This document shows, piece by piece, positions 9,579 to 18,796 of a DNA stretch of 64,000 nt; the stretch's first letter is position 1; each line of letters starts with the position of its first letter. A program made the position numbers and the translations under genes. Below the pieces are notes generated by a model. It was not told the DNA's origin. It saw only the letters and a list, made by a program, of their open reading frames with translations, and searched no databases. Location of the stretch: the IMG/VR virus record IMGVR_UViG_2582581315_000004, positions 25,802 to 89,801 of that record; one strand, written 5' to 3'. This DNA comes from a virus (lineage: Duplodnaviria; Heunggongvirae; Uroviricota; Caudoviricetes).

Positions 9579-10711
9579 GTCGCTATGTCGACGACAGTGC
9601 TGAACTTGCGCGTCGCCTCGAGGCCGAGATTGAAGCCGTGATCAGGGCATATTGGCCCGCCGCGATCACCACGCGCGTGAAGGGCCAGGACGTGGCGCTT
9701 TTGACCCCCAGGCTGAAGCCAAAGCAGAAACGCCCGACGTCGAGCTTTACCGTCAATCTCAGCGGCGATCGACGTGGGCAATGGTACCGATTCAGTCAAG
9801 GTATTGGGGGAGGGTCTCTTTCGCTGCTCTATTACGGGAAGTTCGGGAACATGCCGAGCTCCAAGAGCGATTGGGCGGAAGCATACGGGCTTGCCCGAAA
9901 ATTCCTCGGCATCACGCAAGAGCGTGAGGAAACAGAGGAAGAGCGCCTCGCGCGCGAAGCGAAGAGAAAGAGAGAGCAGGACGAGCGCGACGACAAAGCT
10001 CGATGCGACGCGGCGGCCCGCGCAAAGAAGGACGCAGCCAGAACCTATTCAGCACAAGAAATATGGGCCGAGTCCAGACCGCTACGCGGCAGCCAGGGTG
10101 AGGCGTATTTGGTGGGACGTGGCATTCCCCCCATCGAGGCATGGCCATGGGATTGCGCTGACACACTCCGCTTTCACCCGTCGCTCGATTACGAGCTTGA
10201 TCACAGTGTCGGGCGTTTGCCTGCAGTGGTCGCCGCGGTTCTGGACCCATTCGGAAAATTCACAGCGATCTGGCAAATTTACCTCGACCGGGACAAGCCG
10301 CAGAAGGCGCCGATCGACAACCCGAAAGTAGGGCGCGGGCCTGCCGCCGGTGGGGCGGTGCACATCGGCGGCGATGCGGAGCGCGTTGGTGCGTGCGAGG
10401 GCGTCGAAACTGGGCTTGGGCTGTGGGTGCTCGAAGGTTTCCGAATGCCTATTTGGCCGATGCTCTCGACTGCCGGGATGATGGGCTTTGAGCCGCCGAT
10501 CCTCCTGAAACGCCTTTCTATCTTTCACGACGGAGACAAGGGGATCATCCAGAACGGCAGAATCCTCAAACCACCGGGCCAGAATGCAGCCGACACGCTT
10601 CGCGACCGCATGGCGGCCGTCGGCGTCGGAACGAATATGAACGAAATGCCAATCCTCGGTGATGGATTGGATCTATTGCAGACGAGGAATGAATTTGAGC
10701 GAAAGAAATAG
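9575..10711 (+). CDS. Toprim-domain primase-like protein
   Basis: GACEGVETGLGLW (Toprim glutamate) followed by HDGD. Its position between the helicases supports a primase role. Confidence 0.5.
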   Translation: MSRYVDDSAELARRLEAEIEAVIRAYWPAAITTRVKGQDVALLTPRLKPKQKRPTSSFTVNLSGDRRGQWYRFSQGIGGGSLSLLYYGKFGNMPSSKSDWAEAYGLARKFLGITQEREETEEERLAREAKRKREQDERDDKARCDAAARAKKDAARTYSAQEIWAESRPLRGSQGEAYLVGRGIPPIEAWPWDCADTLRFHPSLDYELDHSVGRLPAVVAAVLDPFGKFTAIWQIYLDRDKPQKAPIDNPKVGRGPAAGGAVHIGGDAERVGACEGVETGLGLWVLEGFRMPIWPMLSTAGMMGFEPPILLKRLSIFHDGDKGIIQNGRILKPPGQNAADTLRDRMAAVGVGTNMNEMPILGDGLDLLQTRNEFERKK

Positions 10712-12086
10712 ATCGCGAGACAAGGGTCCGCCGGCTGCACTCTTCAATTTAGATGCTGAAAAGATCGTGCTCGGTAAGATTCTGCAGAGTGAGGCGACAT
10801 TCTGGGAGATCAACGGAACCATCCAGGGCTTCCATTTCTCACAGGAGATCTTCCAACGGATATTCGACACGTATCGTTTGATCCTCATGGATCAGAAGAC
10901 TCCGACGTTGTCGTTGCTACAGAGCCGCGTCGGGCCTGAATACGGTGATGGTTCCTCTACAATGACCCTCATGACGGCACTCATTCGAAATTCGATTGAG
11001 GTCGACGACCTGGCGAAAGAGGTCTCCCAAGTAATTCAATGCTGGCAGCGCCGCCGAACGATCGAAGTATGCGAGCAGTTTATCGCAGAAGCAAAAAAGG
11101 CGGAGACAGATACCTCCTATATGCTGGTCGATCTGGAGAACTGCGTCAAAGACGTAAGTGTGAATAGCCAGGATGAGCCCGTGAAGACGATGGGCGCGAT
11201 TGTCTCTCGTGTAATCCGAGACTCTATGAAGACGCGCGACACGGGAGAGTCGCCGGGCTTCGACACAGGCTTGTCATCTCTCGACCAAATCGTTGGTCGC
11301 ATGTTCCCCGGCGACTTTGGTGTCATCGGAGCTCGGCCGGGCGACGGTAAGACAGTTCTCGCTTTGCAAATCCTTGATCGAATTCAGGAGCATTATGGCA
11401 CGACATGCATGTTTTCTCTCGAAATGCGAGACGAAGACCTCGGTCGGCGTTCTCTTGCCGGCCGTTCTGGGGTTTCGGTCTCGTCAATCGAGGAGGGGAC
11501 ATACGATGCGTTCGAGCTGGAAGAATTGCGAGCGGCGGAAGCCATCTTCGCAAATTCGCGCATGCTCGTCGATGATCGGCCTGGACTTAGAATTGATCAG
11601 ATTCGAGACAGATGCATCGTCCTTAAGCGTTCGAAAGGTCTCAAGGCTATTGGCGTTGACCACCTTCGTCTGGTCAATGCACTTGGGAAGTTCAGCAATC
11701 GTTTCGACAGATCCGAATTTGTCACCGGCCAACTCAAGCGGCTGGCAAAAGACGTCGGAATCGCGGTCATTGCCCTATCGCAGGTAACCCGAGGCTCGCA
11801 GCGGCGCGATGATCCGCGACCGCAATTGAATGACTTCGACGGGGCATCGAGCATTGAGCAGGATGCAGACTGGGCGCTCAGTTTATTCAGACGTGACCGA
11901 TATCTTCGCACCCAAAAGCCGCACGACATGAGCTCCGCCGAAGGCACTTCTTGGGCAGAGGAGGTCGCTCGGTGCAAAGGCTTGATCGAAATCATGAACC
12001 TCAAACGCCGGCGCGGTGAAGACGGTGGAATTGCCATCCTTGAATTCGACGGCAAGGCGAGCCTTGTTCGTGAGAAGGAGCGTTAA
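10689..12086 (+). CDS. dnaB: replicative DNA helicase, DnaB family
   Basis: N-terminus NLDAEKIVLGKIL; Walker A GARPGDGKTVLALQI; C-terminus LSQVTRGSQRR...SIEQDAD. Alternative starts at 10659 and 10662. Confidence 0.75.
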   Translation: MNLSERNRSRDKGPPAALFNLDAEKIVLGKILQSEATFWEINGTIQGFHFSQEIFQRIFDTYRLILMDQKTPTLSLLQSRVGPEYGDGSSTMTLMTALIRNSIEVDDLAKEVSQVIQCWQRRRTIEVCEQFIAEAKKAETDTSYMLVDLENCVKDVSVNSQDEPVKTMGAIVSRVIRDSMKTRDTGESPGFDTGLSSLDQIVGRMFPGDFGVIGARPGDGKTVLALQILDRIQEHYGTTCMFSLEMRDEDLGRRSLAGRSGVSVSSIEEGTYDAFELEELRAAEAIFANSRMLVDDRPGLRIDQIRDRCIVLKRSKGLKAIGVDHLRLVNALGKFSNRFDRSEFVTGQLKRLAKDVGIAVIALSQVTRGSQRRDDPRPQLNDFDGASSIEQDADWALSLFRRDRYLRTQKPHDMSSAEGTSWAEEVARCKGLIEIMNLKRRRGEDGGIAILEFDGKASLVREKER

Positions 12087-13079
12087 GTGAATACCGAGAA
12101 GCTAACACCACTTGAATTCTGCATCATTGTGACCTGGATGCATGGATGGACGATCAACAAGATCTTTCTCAGCTTGGCCAAACGGCACGGCAAGAGCGAG
12201 CATGCGGTGCGTGGTATCATCAACAAGATCCCTCAGCGCCGACAATCAATGTCTCGATCGGATCGGCAGCATTTTCTGGACGAGCTGAAGGCAAATCGCA
12301 TTGACGACGGTATGTTGCCGGTGGACTACTTCGTCTCAAAGTCGCTCGCCTCTGACCAGAAGCAAAAGGCCGTCGTCCCGGTCGAGCGAAAGGCTAAAGC
12401 CAAGCCCGAAAAGATACCGGAGCCAGATCCTAAGACGCGCGCCGGCCGCCGAGAAATCAAAAGGCGCAAGGAGGAGGCGGAGAAAAAGAAGCAAAAATCC
12501 GCAGATGAACAATTAAGGCGCGAGGCTGGATTCGCTCCACGCGGAGTGGAGTCTGCGCCGCTGGAGTTTCTCTATAACGAGAAGCTGCTTTCAAATTCGG
12601 AGGATGGGGGGAAGGGGGAGCCCAAAGAGAAGACGAATAATGCGATGCGGCGCTACGAGGCCGGCGTTCGTCTGAGATCGATGATGGAATCGATCTATGG
12701 CTCCGGCGTGAAGTCGCCGGACTATGAGGGCGCCGGCGGCGGCGGGGGTGGCGCGGGCGTGGTAATCCACGCGGTTGTCGCCGAGAACATGAAGAATATC
12801 CACTCTATCCGCTCGTTGATGGTTTCCGAATGGTTCCATATGCTCGAGCAGCTGTTGATACACGGTATGTTCGTCTGGCAGATCCCGAGCAAGAACGGCG
12901 CAAGCATCGTGTTGACCGAGATCCGGCAGGCGTTGGATAAGGTGTCACTGTTCCTTGGAACCATGCCGGCGGAAGACGGCGACGTCGATGTCCCCAAGAG
13001 AGCCGATCGAGGCGCAGTGCGCCAATCTACCATGATGGCCCGCGATGCCATAGCCAAGGCCCAACGCCATGCGAGATAG
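12087..13079 (+). CDS. hypothetical protein; N-terminus faintly GcrA/HTH-like, basic Lys/Glu-rich middle, Gly-rich tract
   Basis: GTG start lies directly after the dnaB stop. The N-terminal pattern W..G.T...I...L...G.S.HAVRGIINKI is weakly GcrA-like. Confidence 0.4.
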   Translation: MNTEKLTPLEFCIIVTWMHGWTINKIFLSLAKRHGKSEHAVRGIINKIPQRRQSMSRSDRQHFLDELKANRIDDGMLPVDYFVSKSLASDQKQKAVVPVERKAKAKPEKIPEPDPKTRAGRREIKRRKEEAEKKKQKSADEQLRREAGFAPRGVESAPLEFLYNEKLLSNSEDGGKGEPKEKTNNAMRRYEAGVRLRSMMESIYGSGVKSPDYEGAGGGGGGAGVVIHAVVAENMKNIHSIRSLMVSEWFHMLEQLLIHGMFVWQIPSKNGASIVLTEIRQALDKVSLFLGTMPAEDGDVDVPKRADRGAVRQSTMMARDAIAKAQRHAR

Positions 13080-13109
13080 AAGGATGCGCCGGGAAAGCCC
13101 GGCGCCACT

Positions 13110-13643
13110 TCAGCGCTTGTCAGAATAGTGCGTCGTGACCGCGTCGGTCACTGACTGGGCAATGTCCACATTCCTCGGATCGGCCTTGAACAGCTCAAGC
13201 AGCACTCGGACAGGATGGGGCGCAAGCTCCTCCTGTCCTTTTTCGTTCACGCCGTTCATCCATTCCGTCAGCCTGCGTTCGCTCGTCCCGTAGAGGTAGG
13301 CGAGAAGCGTCCAGGTGATCCCGGTCTGATGTACGAGGATCTTGAGTTCGGTTGCAGTCAGCTTTTTGTAGCGTTCGGCTTTCCCGGATCTATTGATCGT
13401 TCGCAATCGCGGGGTGTTGAGGATATCGAAGAGTCGAAGTGATGCTGCTGCAACTGCTGCGTCTTCGGTTCCGAAAAAGCGAACCCGGTTTGTCTCCGGA
13501 TCTCGCACGTATCCCGGCGCTAAGCCCGGAGCGCGATAGAGGCCGAGAAAACCCTCGCCGTTCGCATTGGGGACCGCTTCCGCGCCATAGATGATATCGA
13601 GTTCTCGGCCGGGCTTTATTTTGGATTGTATGTTTTCGTTCAA
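13110..13643 (-). CDS. hypothetical HTH-containing protein
   Basis: TTG start is preceded by the hairpin-RBS cassette. The C-terminal segment LTATELKILVHQTGITWTLLAYLYG looks like an HTH. Confidence 0.45.
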   Translation of the reverse strand: MNENIQSKIKPGRELDIIYGAEAVPNANGEGFLGLYRAPGLAPGYVRDPETNRVRFFGTEDAAVAAASLRLFDILNTPRLRTINRSGKAERYKKLTATELKILVHQTGITWTLLAYLYGTSERRLTEWMNGVNEKGQEELAPHPVRVLLELFKADPRNVDIAQSVTDAVTTHYSDKR

Positions 13644-13657
13644 GTCGGCCCCCTTTG

Positions 13658-13671
13658 TGCCACCATTGGCA
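13658..13671. repeat. hairpin-RBS cassette copy (TGCCACCATTGGCA)
   Basis: Palindromic 14-mer located 15-25 nt upstream of the start of a minus-strand gene. Confidence 0.6.
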
Positions 13672-13683
13672 AATGCTGTTATT

Positions 13684-14103
13684 TCAGATGGCGGCCGGCT
13701 TGTAAACGGACCCCGATTTTGCCGAAGCGATGGCGGCCTGGATATCGGCCTGGTAGGCGTCCCGAGCTGCGCCGACGAATGTCTCGCGATGTGTGATCGC
13801 CGCGATCGCAGCCTTCAGGCACTTAGCGTCTTCGCGCGTAAACTCAGACCTCGCCATAGGCTTTACGACAAGGTCGAGCCACTCCTGTTTGATTTCGCTG
13901 AGAATAAGCGAGCGATCCTCAATATACCGCCGACTGGCGAAGCATTGGAAATCCCCCAGTTTGCGGCGCAGGAACATTTCGTGCGCCGCAGCAGCGTACG
14001 GGGATAACGCGCCGGCGCCGTGATAGTGGCGGGCGATCTGGTGGACAAGCCGGCGATGGCGTCTGTCGTCGAACCATCTTTGGATGGCATGAAGAAGTTT
14101 CAT
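13684..14103 (-). CDS. hypothetical protein
   Basis: 139-aa ORF within the minus-strand block. Confidence 0.4.
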   Translation of the reverse strand: MKLLHAIQRWFDDRRHRRLVHQIARHYHGAGALSPYAAAAHEMFLRRKLGDFQCFASRRYIEDRSLILSEIKQEWLDLVVKPMARSEFTREDAKCLKAAIAAITHRETFVGAARDAYQADIQAAIASAKSGSVYKPAAI

Positions 14104-14381
14104 CGTATGCTCCCCTCATCGACAAATTTCTGGAGATGTGGAAGCAAATCTGCAACCATTTCCCGGGTGAGATGCATGCGGGTATTGGCCACGTATTCGG
14201 CGGGCATTGGAACAGGTTCCCAACCCTCCCTGGGTGAATGAGTCCTCGGATCGGCGTTGTTGCAGCCAAGCCAAACTGCGTCCTCCATTGCCAGGCTACT
14301 TGCCTGAAGGCTGCATCCGACACCTCTGCGATCTACGAATTCTATGCGGCTGAAGCCGCGTTCAGTGGTTCTCATTTCCAT
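14100..14381 (-). CDS. hypothetical protein
   Basis: RBS GGAGAACC precedes ATG at 14381. Confidence 0.4.
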   Translation of the reverse strand: MEMRTTERGFSRIEFVDRRGVGCSLQASSLAMEDAVWLGCNNADPRTHSPREGWEPVPMPAEYVANTRMHLTREMVADLLPHLQKFVDEGSIR

Positions 14382-14427
14382 GGTTCTCCTGTTCCGTCTT
14401 CAGCGTGCCGCCGAAGACTTTGGTTTG

Positions 14428-15207
14428 TCATAGCCCGAAGTCAAAGAGCGGCAGTCCGATTTTGGTCGGGGATGCCTCACTCGTCTCTGGCGTCTGAAGT
14501 GAAGGGGGATCGATGATAAGCGGGCCGTCGTTCTGGTCCTGGCGTAACTTGCGTGACCAGCCACCCATGATGTGCGCAGGGGTGAACCAATCATCATGAA
14601 ACGACATTCGCAAAGTGTCACCGACGATGACGTGGGCTGGAATGTTCATCAAAGCGAACTGCACATACGACATGTGCACGGCGCGCGGATCCACGTCGAC
14701 GGCCACGACATGCAGATGCTGCTGATAGTTCACCCCGGCGTTCAACAACGCTTCCGCCAGCGCGATGATGGTAGCGCCGGCCCCGACGGCGGGCTCATGC
14801 GCCCGGATGAAGCCTCGCTGGTGTATGATCTGCTCGCAATCCTTTCCGTCGACCTGCAGCTCTGCCATCAACCGGCAGAGCTCGTAGGGCGTGAAGAACT
14901 GGCCACGCGCTTTGTTGTGGAGTTCGAGCGCATGGAACGTTGCGCCTAAGATGTCCTGGGGGCGGTTCTCCAGCGCCAACACGACTTCGCCCAGAATTTT
15001 GGGGAAAGCTTCAAGTTCGTTGCGCTCATAGCGCTTCACGATTTCAAGATATCGTTGCTCTCGTTTGTCCCGAGTGTTGATGTCGACCGCATTGGAGAGC
15101 GAAATTGCAGCGCATTCGCACCAGTCTGCGAAGACGCTATAAAGATCATGGCGATACCACAGAGACTCGAAGAGTTTGATGATGTTTTTCAGGTGCGGAT
15201 CATTCAT
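14428..15207 (-). CDS. N-6 DNA methylase (HsdM-like) family protein with degenerate catalytic motif
   Basis: GQFFTPYELCRLM and motif I EPAVGAGATIIA are present. GDTL is present. The expected NPPF/DPPY position reads DPPS, so the enzyme may be inactive. Confidence 0.55.
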   Translation of the reverse strand: MNDPHLKNIIKLFESLWYRHDLYSVFADWCECAAISLSNAVDINTRDKREQRYLEIVKRYERNELEAFPKILGEVVLALENRPQDILGATFHALELHNKARGQFFTPYELCRLMAELQVDGKDCEQIIHQRGFIRAHEPAVGAGATIIALAEALLNAGVNYQQHLHVVAVDVDPRAVHMSYVQFALMNIPAHVIVGDTLRMSFHDDWFTPAHIMGGWSRKLRQDQNDGPLIIDPPSLQTPETSEASPTKIGLPLFDFGL

Positions 15208-15238
15208 CGACGCGCACCCGCGGGGCGGTGATATTCAT
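15200..15238 (-). CDS. 12-codon upstream ORF (MNITAPRVRVDE) translationally coupled to the HsdM-like gene
   Basis: The conserved hairpin-GGAGATCGAACT cassette drives this uORF. Its TGA overlaps the main ATG (ATGAATGA). Confidence 0.35.
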   Translation of the reverse strand: MNITAPRVRVDE

Positions 15239-15254
15239 AGTTCGATCTCCGGAA

Positions 15255-15268
15255 TGCCACGATTGGCG
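15255..15268. repeat. hairpin-RBS cassette copy (TGCCACGATTGGCG)
   Basis: Same motif; followed on the minus strand by GGAGATCGAACT and ATG. Confidence 0.65.
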
Positions 15269-15281
15269 GTAGGGATAAGTT

Positions 15282-15866
15282 CTAGCTTGCTTGGCGATCG
15301 AAATATGCGGCCACCGCCGGCTCTGGCTCGAGCCAGAAGACGTTAGGGCGATCGATTTGGCCAAGAAGCATTTGGTAGGCGGCAATCCGTCCGATGCCGC
15401 GTGACATCACATAGAAGAGTTGTTCTTGGAATTTCTTGGCGTTCTTTATGCCGCCTAGCTCGCGCATGATCATCCCGTCGCCGATCAACTCGACAAAGGG
15501 TGTGACGTCGTCGAGTATGGAATACTCGTGGGCCTCCAGGCAGACCTCTCCCTCGGGCGTGACAATTCGCACTCGCATCTCAAGTTCAAGCTCGCGCACG
15601 ATTATGTCTGGCCGCAACGCCAGTTCCTCGTCATCATGGAATCGGAGGTGCCCTCGGCGACCGATGCGGGCAAGCGCACCTTCCTCGTCTTCATTGAGGT
15701 TTGCGCCACAGCGCTGGCGCCACAACAGTGTTCTCTCTTGCTCGGTGGTAATCTGGTTGCCTCTGCCCAGCATGCTGGAGTATCGTTCGAATACCTTTTC
15801 CGGTTTTGCGAAGTAAATGCCAAATAGTTTCGGCTGAATGCGGGTGGGCAAGCGGCGGGTGACCAT
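15282..15866 (-). CDS. SufB/SufD C-terminal-domain-like protein
   Basis: CLEAHEYSI...QEQLFYVMSRGIGRIAAYQMLLGQI resembles the conserved SufBD C-terminal block. Start taken at MVTRRL (15866). Confidence 0.4.
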   Translation of the reverse strand: MVTRRLPTRIQPKLFGIYFAKPEKVFERYSSMLGRGNQITTEQERTLLWRQRCGANLNEDEEGALARIGRRGHLRFHDDEELALRPDIIVRELELEMRVRIVTPEGEVCLEAHEYSILDDVTPFVELIGDGMIMRELGGIKNAKKFQEQLFYVMSRGIGRIAAYQMLLGQIDRPNVFWLEPEPAVAAYFDRQAS

Positions 15867-15897
15867 GATCCACCCGCCTTTGATTGGCAGGGTAATA

Positions 15898-16203
15898 TCA
15901 GTCAACTTTCGTCTCCTCGGCTCGCCCGACCGCGCGTGCCCGCTTATCTTCGGCTCCAGCGGTGCGCGCATCGATCATCTCGCGCGTCTCGAACATCTCA
16001 TGGCCAGCATTGGGGAAATCTTGGTGCCAGTGTCGCCGTCCGACTGCGTCATATATCTGATCGCGGCAATCGTCGCAGTACCAGGCATAGGAGCCGTGAT
16101 TGTACCAGCGGGCCGGCGAGCATTGGCAACGCGCGCGGTTGCAGCTCCCGTTCTCCTTGCCCTTGTCGGGTTTGTTCGGGCCATCATAGTCTCCGTACGC
16201 CAT
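15898..16203 (-). CDS. Cys-rich zinc-ribbon-like small protein
   Basis: Start MAYGDY sits after the hairpin-AAGGAGATCGA cassette. Motif CNRARCQC...WYCDDC. Confidence 0.45.
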   Translation of the reverse strand: MAYGDYDGPNKPDKGKENGSCNRARCQCSPARWYNHGSYAWYCDDCRDQIYDAVGRRHWHQDFPNAGHEMFETREMIDARTAGAEDKRARAVGRAEETKVD

Positions 16204-16216
16204 TCGATCTCCTTGG

Positions 16217-16230
16217 TGCCACGATTGGCA
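16217..16230. repeat. hairpin-RBS cassette copy (TGCCACGATTGGCA)
   Basis: Same motif; followed by AAGGAGATCGA and ATG. Confidence 0.65.
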
Positions 16231-16251
16231 ATTTGGTTTCATTTCGAAAAT

Positions 16252-16279
16252 GGGCCGAAATCCTGGCACGTTTCGGCCC
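16252..16279 (-). terminator. intrinsic terminator after the XRE regulator gene
   Basis: 9-bp GC-rich stem GGGCCGAAA...TTTCGGCCC followed on the minus strand by AUUUUCGAAAU. Confidence 0.55.
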
Positions 16280-16321
16280 CTGCTGATTGGGCGGCTGCGC
16301 CTGCTAGCCGCCTCGCTGAAG

Positions 16322-16711
16322 TCACGCGGCGATCGCTTCATCGTCACCGGTGTTCTTCAGAACCTCGCGCACGACATTGTGGATAGCCTGCCGCGCTTGC
16401 GGGCTCTTGATCCGCTGGAAGTCATTCGCCAGCCGCATGGTATCCGCCGACACTTTGCGCGACGGAGCCGGCGTCGGTGGGGCGCTGCTGGTGCCCTTGA
16501 AGAATTCCCCGACCTCGACCTCAAGCGTGCCAGCGATCATATAGAGCTTGCTCGCGCTCACTCGGTTCGCTCCCTTCTCGTATTTCTGCACCTGCTGGAA
16601 GGTGACGCCGATGGCTTCGGCGACGTTCTCTTGGCTCAGGCCGAGCGTCTCGCGCAGCCGGCGGATGTTCGCGCCCACGATCTTGTCGACGGGATGAATG
16701 CTGTCCTTCAT
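16322..16711 (-). CDS. XRE-family (Cro/CI-type) HTH transcriptional regulator
   Basis: IGANIRRLRETLGLSQENVAEAIGVTFQQVQKYEKG. RBS AGGAGAAAAGC precedes the ATG. Confidence 0.75.
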   Translation of the reverse strand: MKDSIHPVDKIVGANIRRLRETLGLSQENVAEAIGVTFQQVQKYEKGANRVSASKLYMIAGTLEVEVGEFFKGTSSAPPTPAPSRKVSADTMRLANDFQRIKSPQARQAIHNVVREVLKNTGDDEAIAA

Positions 16712-16820
16712 ATGCTTTTCTCCTAGTTGCACTTCTTGGTGGGGGTGCCAGACCGCCCGCCTATCGACGCATTGCCTGGCATTGATGCGCCCGGGCTCCG
16801 GGCCATGGCGGGGGTTGCTG

Positions 16821-18161
16821 CTAGACGCGCATCGGCATGACCACAGCGGTCCAGCCTTCGCGATTGCTGGTCATGACGATGGGCGATCCGGAATCCTCCA
16901 GATCGATCGTGACGGTTTCGCAGGAGAGCGAGGCGTCCTTGATTGCGGAAATGAGGTAACGGGCATTGAAGCCGACTTCCATCGGATCGCCGGAATAGTC
17001 GCAATCAACTTCCATCGTGGCATTGCCAGCCTCTGGGTTGTTCACGATCAGTCGGCACTTGCCCGCCGACATCTCGAATTTGACGGCGCGACCGCGCTCG
17101 CTCGAAATCAGCGAAACCGTTTCGACGCCCTCAATCAGCGCCTCTGCGTTTATCATCGCTCGCCTGCTGTTTTTCGCCGGAATGACTCGCTGGTAATCAG
17201 GGAATGTTCCGTCGATCGTCTTCGAGGTGACAACGATATCGTCGAATGTGATCCGGATCTTGCTCTCCGTCACGGCAATGGTGACGGTATCCGGGCATGC
17301 CTTGCCCTTCATGAGTTTGTGCATGACGGCAGCCATCTTTCGAGGAATGATCACGCCTGGCATGTCGTCGGTACCGAATGGCATTTCGAATTCCTGCCGA
17401 TACAGGCGATGGCCGTCGGTCGCCACGGCTGCAATGGTGCGGCGGTTGCCGTTGTTCAGAACGTGGAAATAGATCCCGTTCAAATAGTAGCGACCTTCTT
17501 CAGTCGAGATGGCATCGATTGTGCCGTCGATCATTGTCCAGAAATCCAGGCCGCGCATCGTGAACGAATTGGTCCCAGCGTCAAAGGACAGTTCGGGAAA
17601 GTCCTTGATCGGAAGCGACTGGAGATTGAAGACCGATCGCTCGAAATCCAGCGCGTCACGGTCCTCGCCCGTGGTCACCGAGACGAAATCGGACGAAGAC
17701 GCTTTCTTGAGCAGATCCTTGAGAAGATGTGCGGGCAGGGTGGTGCCGAACTGTCTGTCTGCGGCCGCCGGAATGGTGATGGCGATCTCGATATCCAGAT
17801 CGGTGCCAGTGAGGCGAAGGTGATCACCATGGCCGACGATGGCGACGTTCGATAGGATCGGGATGGAATTCCGCCGTTCGACGGCGTTGTGGATGATTTC
17901 CACCGCGCGGGTGAGGCGCGAGCGTTCGACCAACGCGGTCGCGCCGAAGGCCGGGGCAACGGGCTGGAGAGCTTCCGGCATGTTGTCGTTTTCGGCGGAG
18001 ATCTCAACGGCCGGCTCGATGGCATCGACGACTGCTTCCGGCTCCGGCTGCTTTTCCGGCGCGCGAAACGGGATGATCACGGCGGAAATCTTTTGGCTGG
18101 TTGCCGTCTCGATTGCGATCGCGGACGTGGACTCGAGAATCTTGGCAATGTGTGCGGTCAT
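16821..18161 (-). CDS. dnaN: DNA polymerase III beta sliding clamp (DnaN) with ~75-aa N-terminal extension
   Basis: LRLTGTDLD, ATDGHRL, VIIPRK, FPDYQRVIP, SPIVMTS and C-terminal VVMPMRV are all present. Confidence 0.8.
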   Translation of the reverse strand: MTAHIAKILESTSAIAIETATSQKISAVIIPFRAPEKQPEPEAVVDAIEPAVEISAENDNMPEALQPVAPAFGATALVERSRLTRAVEIIHNAVERRNSIPILSNVAIVGHGDHLRLTGTDLDIEIAITIPAAADRQFGTTLPAHLLKDLLKKASSSDFVSVTTGEDRDALDFERSVFNLQSLPIKDFPELSFDAGTNSFTMRGLDFWTMIDGTIDAISTEEGRYYLNGIYFHVLNNGNRRTIAAVATDGHRLYRQEFEMPFGTDDMPGVIIPRKMAAVMHKLMKGKACPDTVTIAVTESKIRITFDDIVVTSKTIDGTFPDYQRVIPAKNSRRAMINAEALIEGVETVSLISSERGRAVKFEMSAGKCRLIVNNPEAGNATMEVDCDYSGDPMEVGFNARYLISAIKDASLSCETVTIDLEDSGSPIVMTSNREGWTAVVMPMRV

Positions 18162-18180
18162 ATGGTCGGTCTCCTATCAG

Positions 18181-18194
18181 TGCCACAATTGGCG
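18181..18194. repeat. hairpin-RBS cassette copy (TGCCACAATTGGCG)
   Basis: Lies upstream of dnaN. Confidence 0.6.
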
Positions 18195-18258
18195 GTGGTG
18201 CCGATTGCACCCATGACCGGCGCAAAGGCCGGTCGCGGCTGAAATCGATTGGCCGACG

Positions 18259-18531
18259 CTACACACACTTCGTGAAGTCGCTCGGTCGAAGCTTTCGCCC
18301 CTTCTTGTGGTGAACGAGAAAGGTCATGTAGGGAGATATCGACAGGTCCGGCAGATCTTCCGAATCCAGCGGAAGGCCAGATACCTCGATTTCGTTGATC
18401 ACCTGATTGCGAAACTCGACAGACGTTTCGTCGTGGGTGATCAGCTTTTCGAAAGCCTCCTTGGCAGAGTCTGCCCTGACGTATGCGATGGTGCAAATGA
18501 GAACATTCGCTTGGAAGAACGGCATCAGCAT
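18259..18531 (-). CDS. hypothetical protein
   Basis: RBS GGAGGAATGCTG precedes the ATG. Overlaps the stop of the upstream gene. Confidence 0.45.
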   Translation of the reverse strand: MLMPFFQANVLICTIAYVRADSAKEAFEKLITHDETSVEFRNQVINEIEVSGLPLDSEDLPDLSISPYMTFLVHHKKGRKLRPSDFTKCV

Positions 18532-18743
18532 TCCTCCCCATCGATCGCCACTGCGCTCCAATCGGTGCGTCCCGACGCGTCCTCGATGACCTCCAGGCGC
18601 GCGATGATGGGAGAGCCGTCTGGCAGAACGCCAAGGTTCCCGGTTTCCATCTGAGCGCCTTCCAAGGCGGCGATCGCCTCTTCTTCGGTGTCAGCTTCGA
18701 TTTCGAATGCACAGTAAATTCGCGCAGCAAATTTGTATCGCAT
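18525..18743 (-). CDS. hypothetical small acidic protein
   Basis: Hairpin-CACAGGAGGTAGATCAT cassette precedes the ATG at 18743. Confidence 0.45.
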   Translation of the reverse strand: MRYKFAARIYCAFEIEADTEEEAIAALEGAQMETGNLGVLPDGSPIIARLEVIEDASGRTDWSAVAIDGEEC

Positions 18744-18760
18744 ATGATCTACCTCCTGTG

Positions 18761-18774
18761 TGCCACGATTGGCG
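18761..18774. repeat. hairpin-RBS cassette copy (TGCCACGATTGGCG)
   Basis: Same motif. Confidence 0.65.
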
Positions 18775-18796
18775 GTTTTGCTTCGATCGGTTCGGC

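Noticed and set aside
16698-17855. 385-aa plus-strand ORF
   Set aside because: It is antisense to dnaN, which has strong sliding-clamp motifs.
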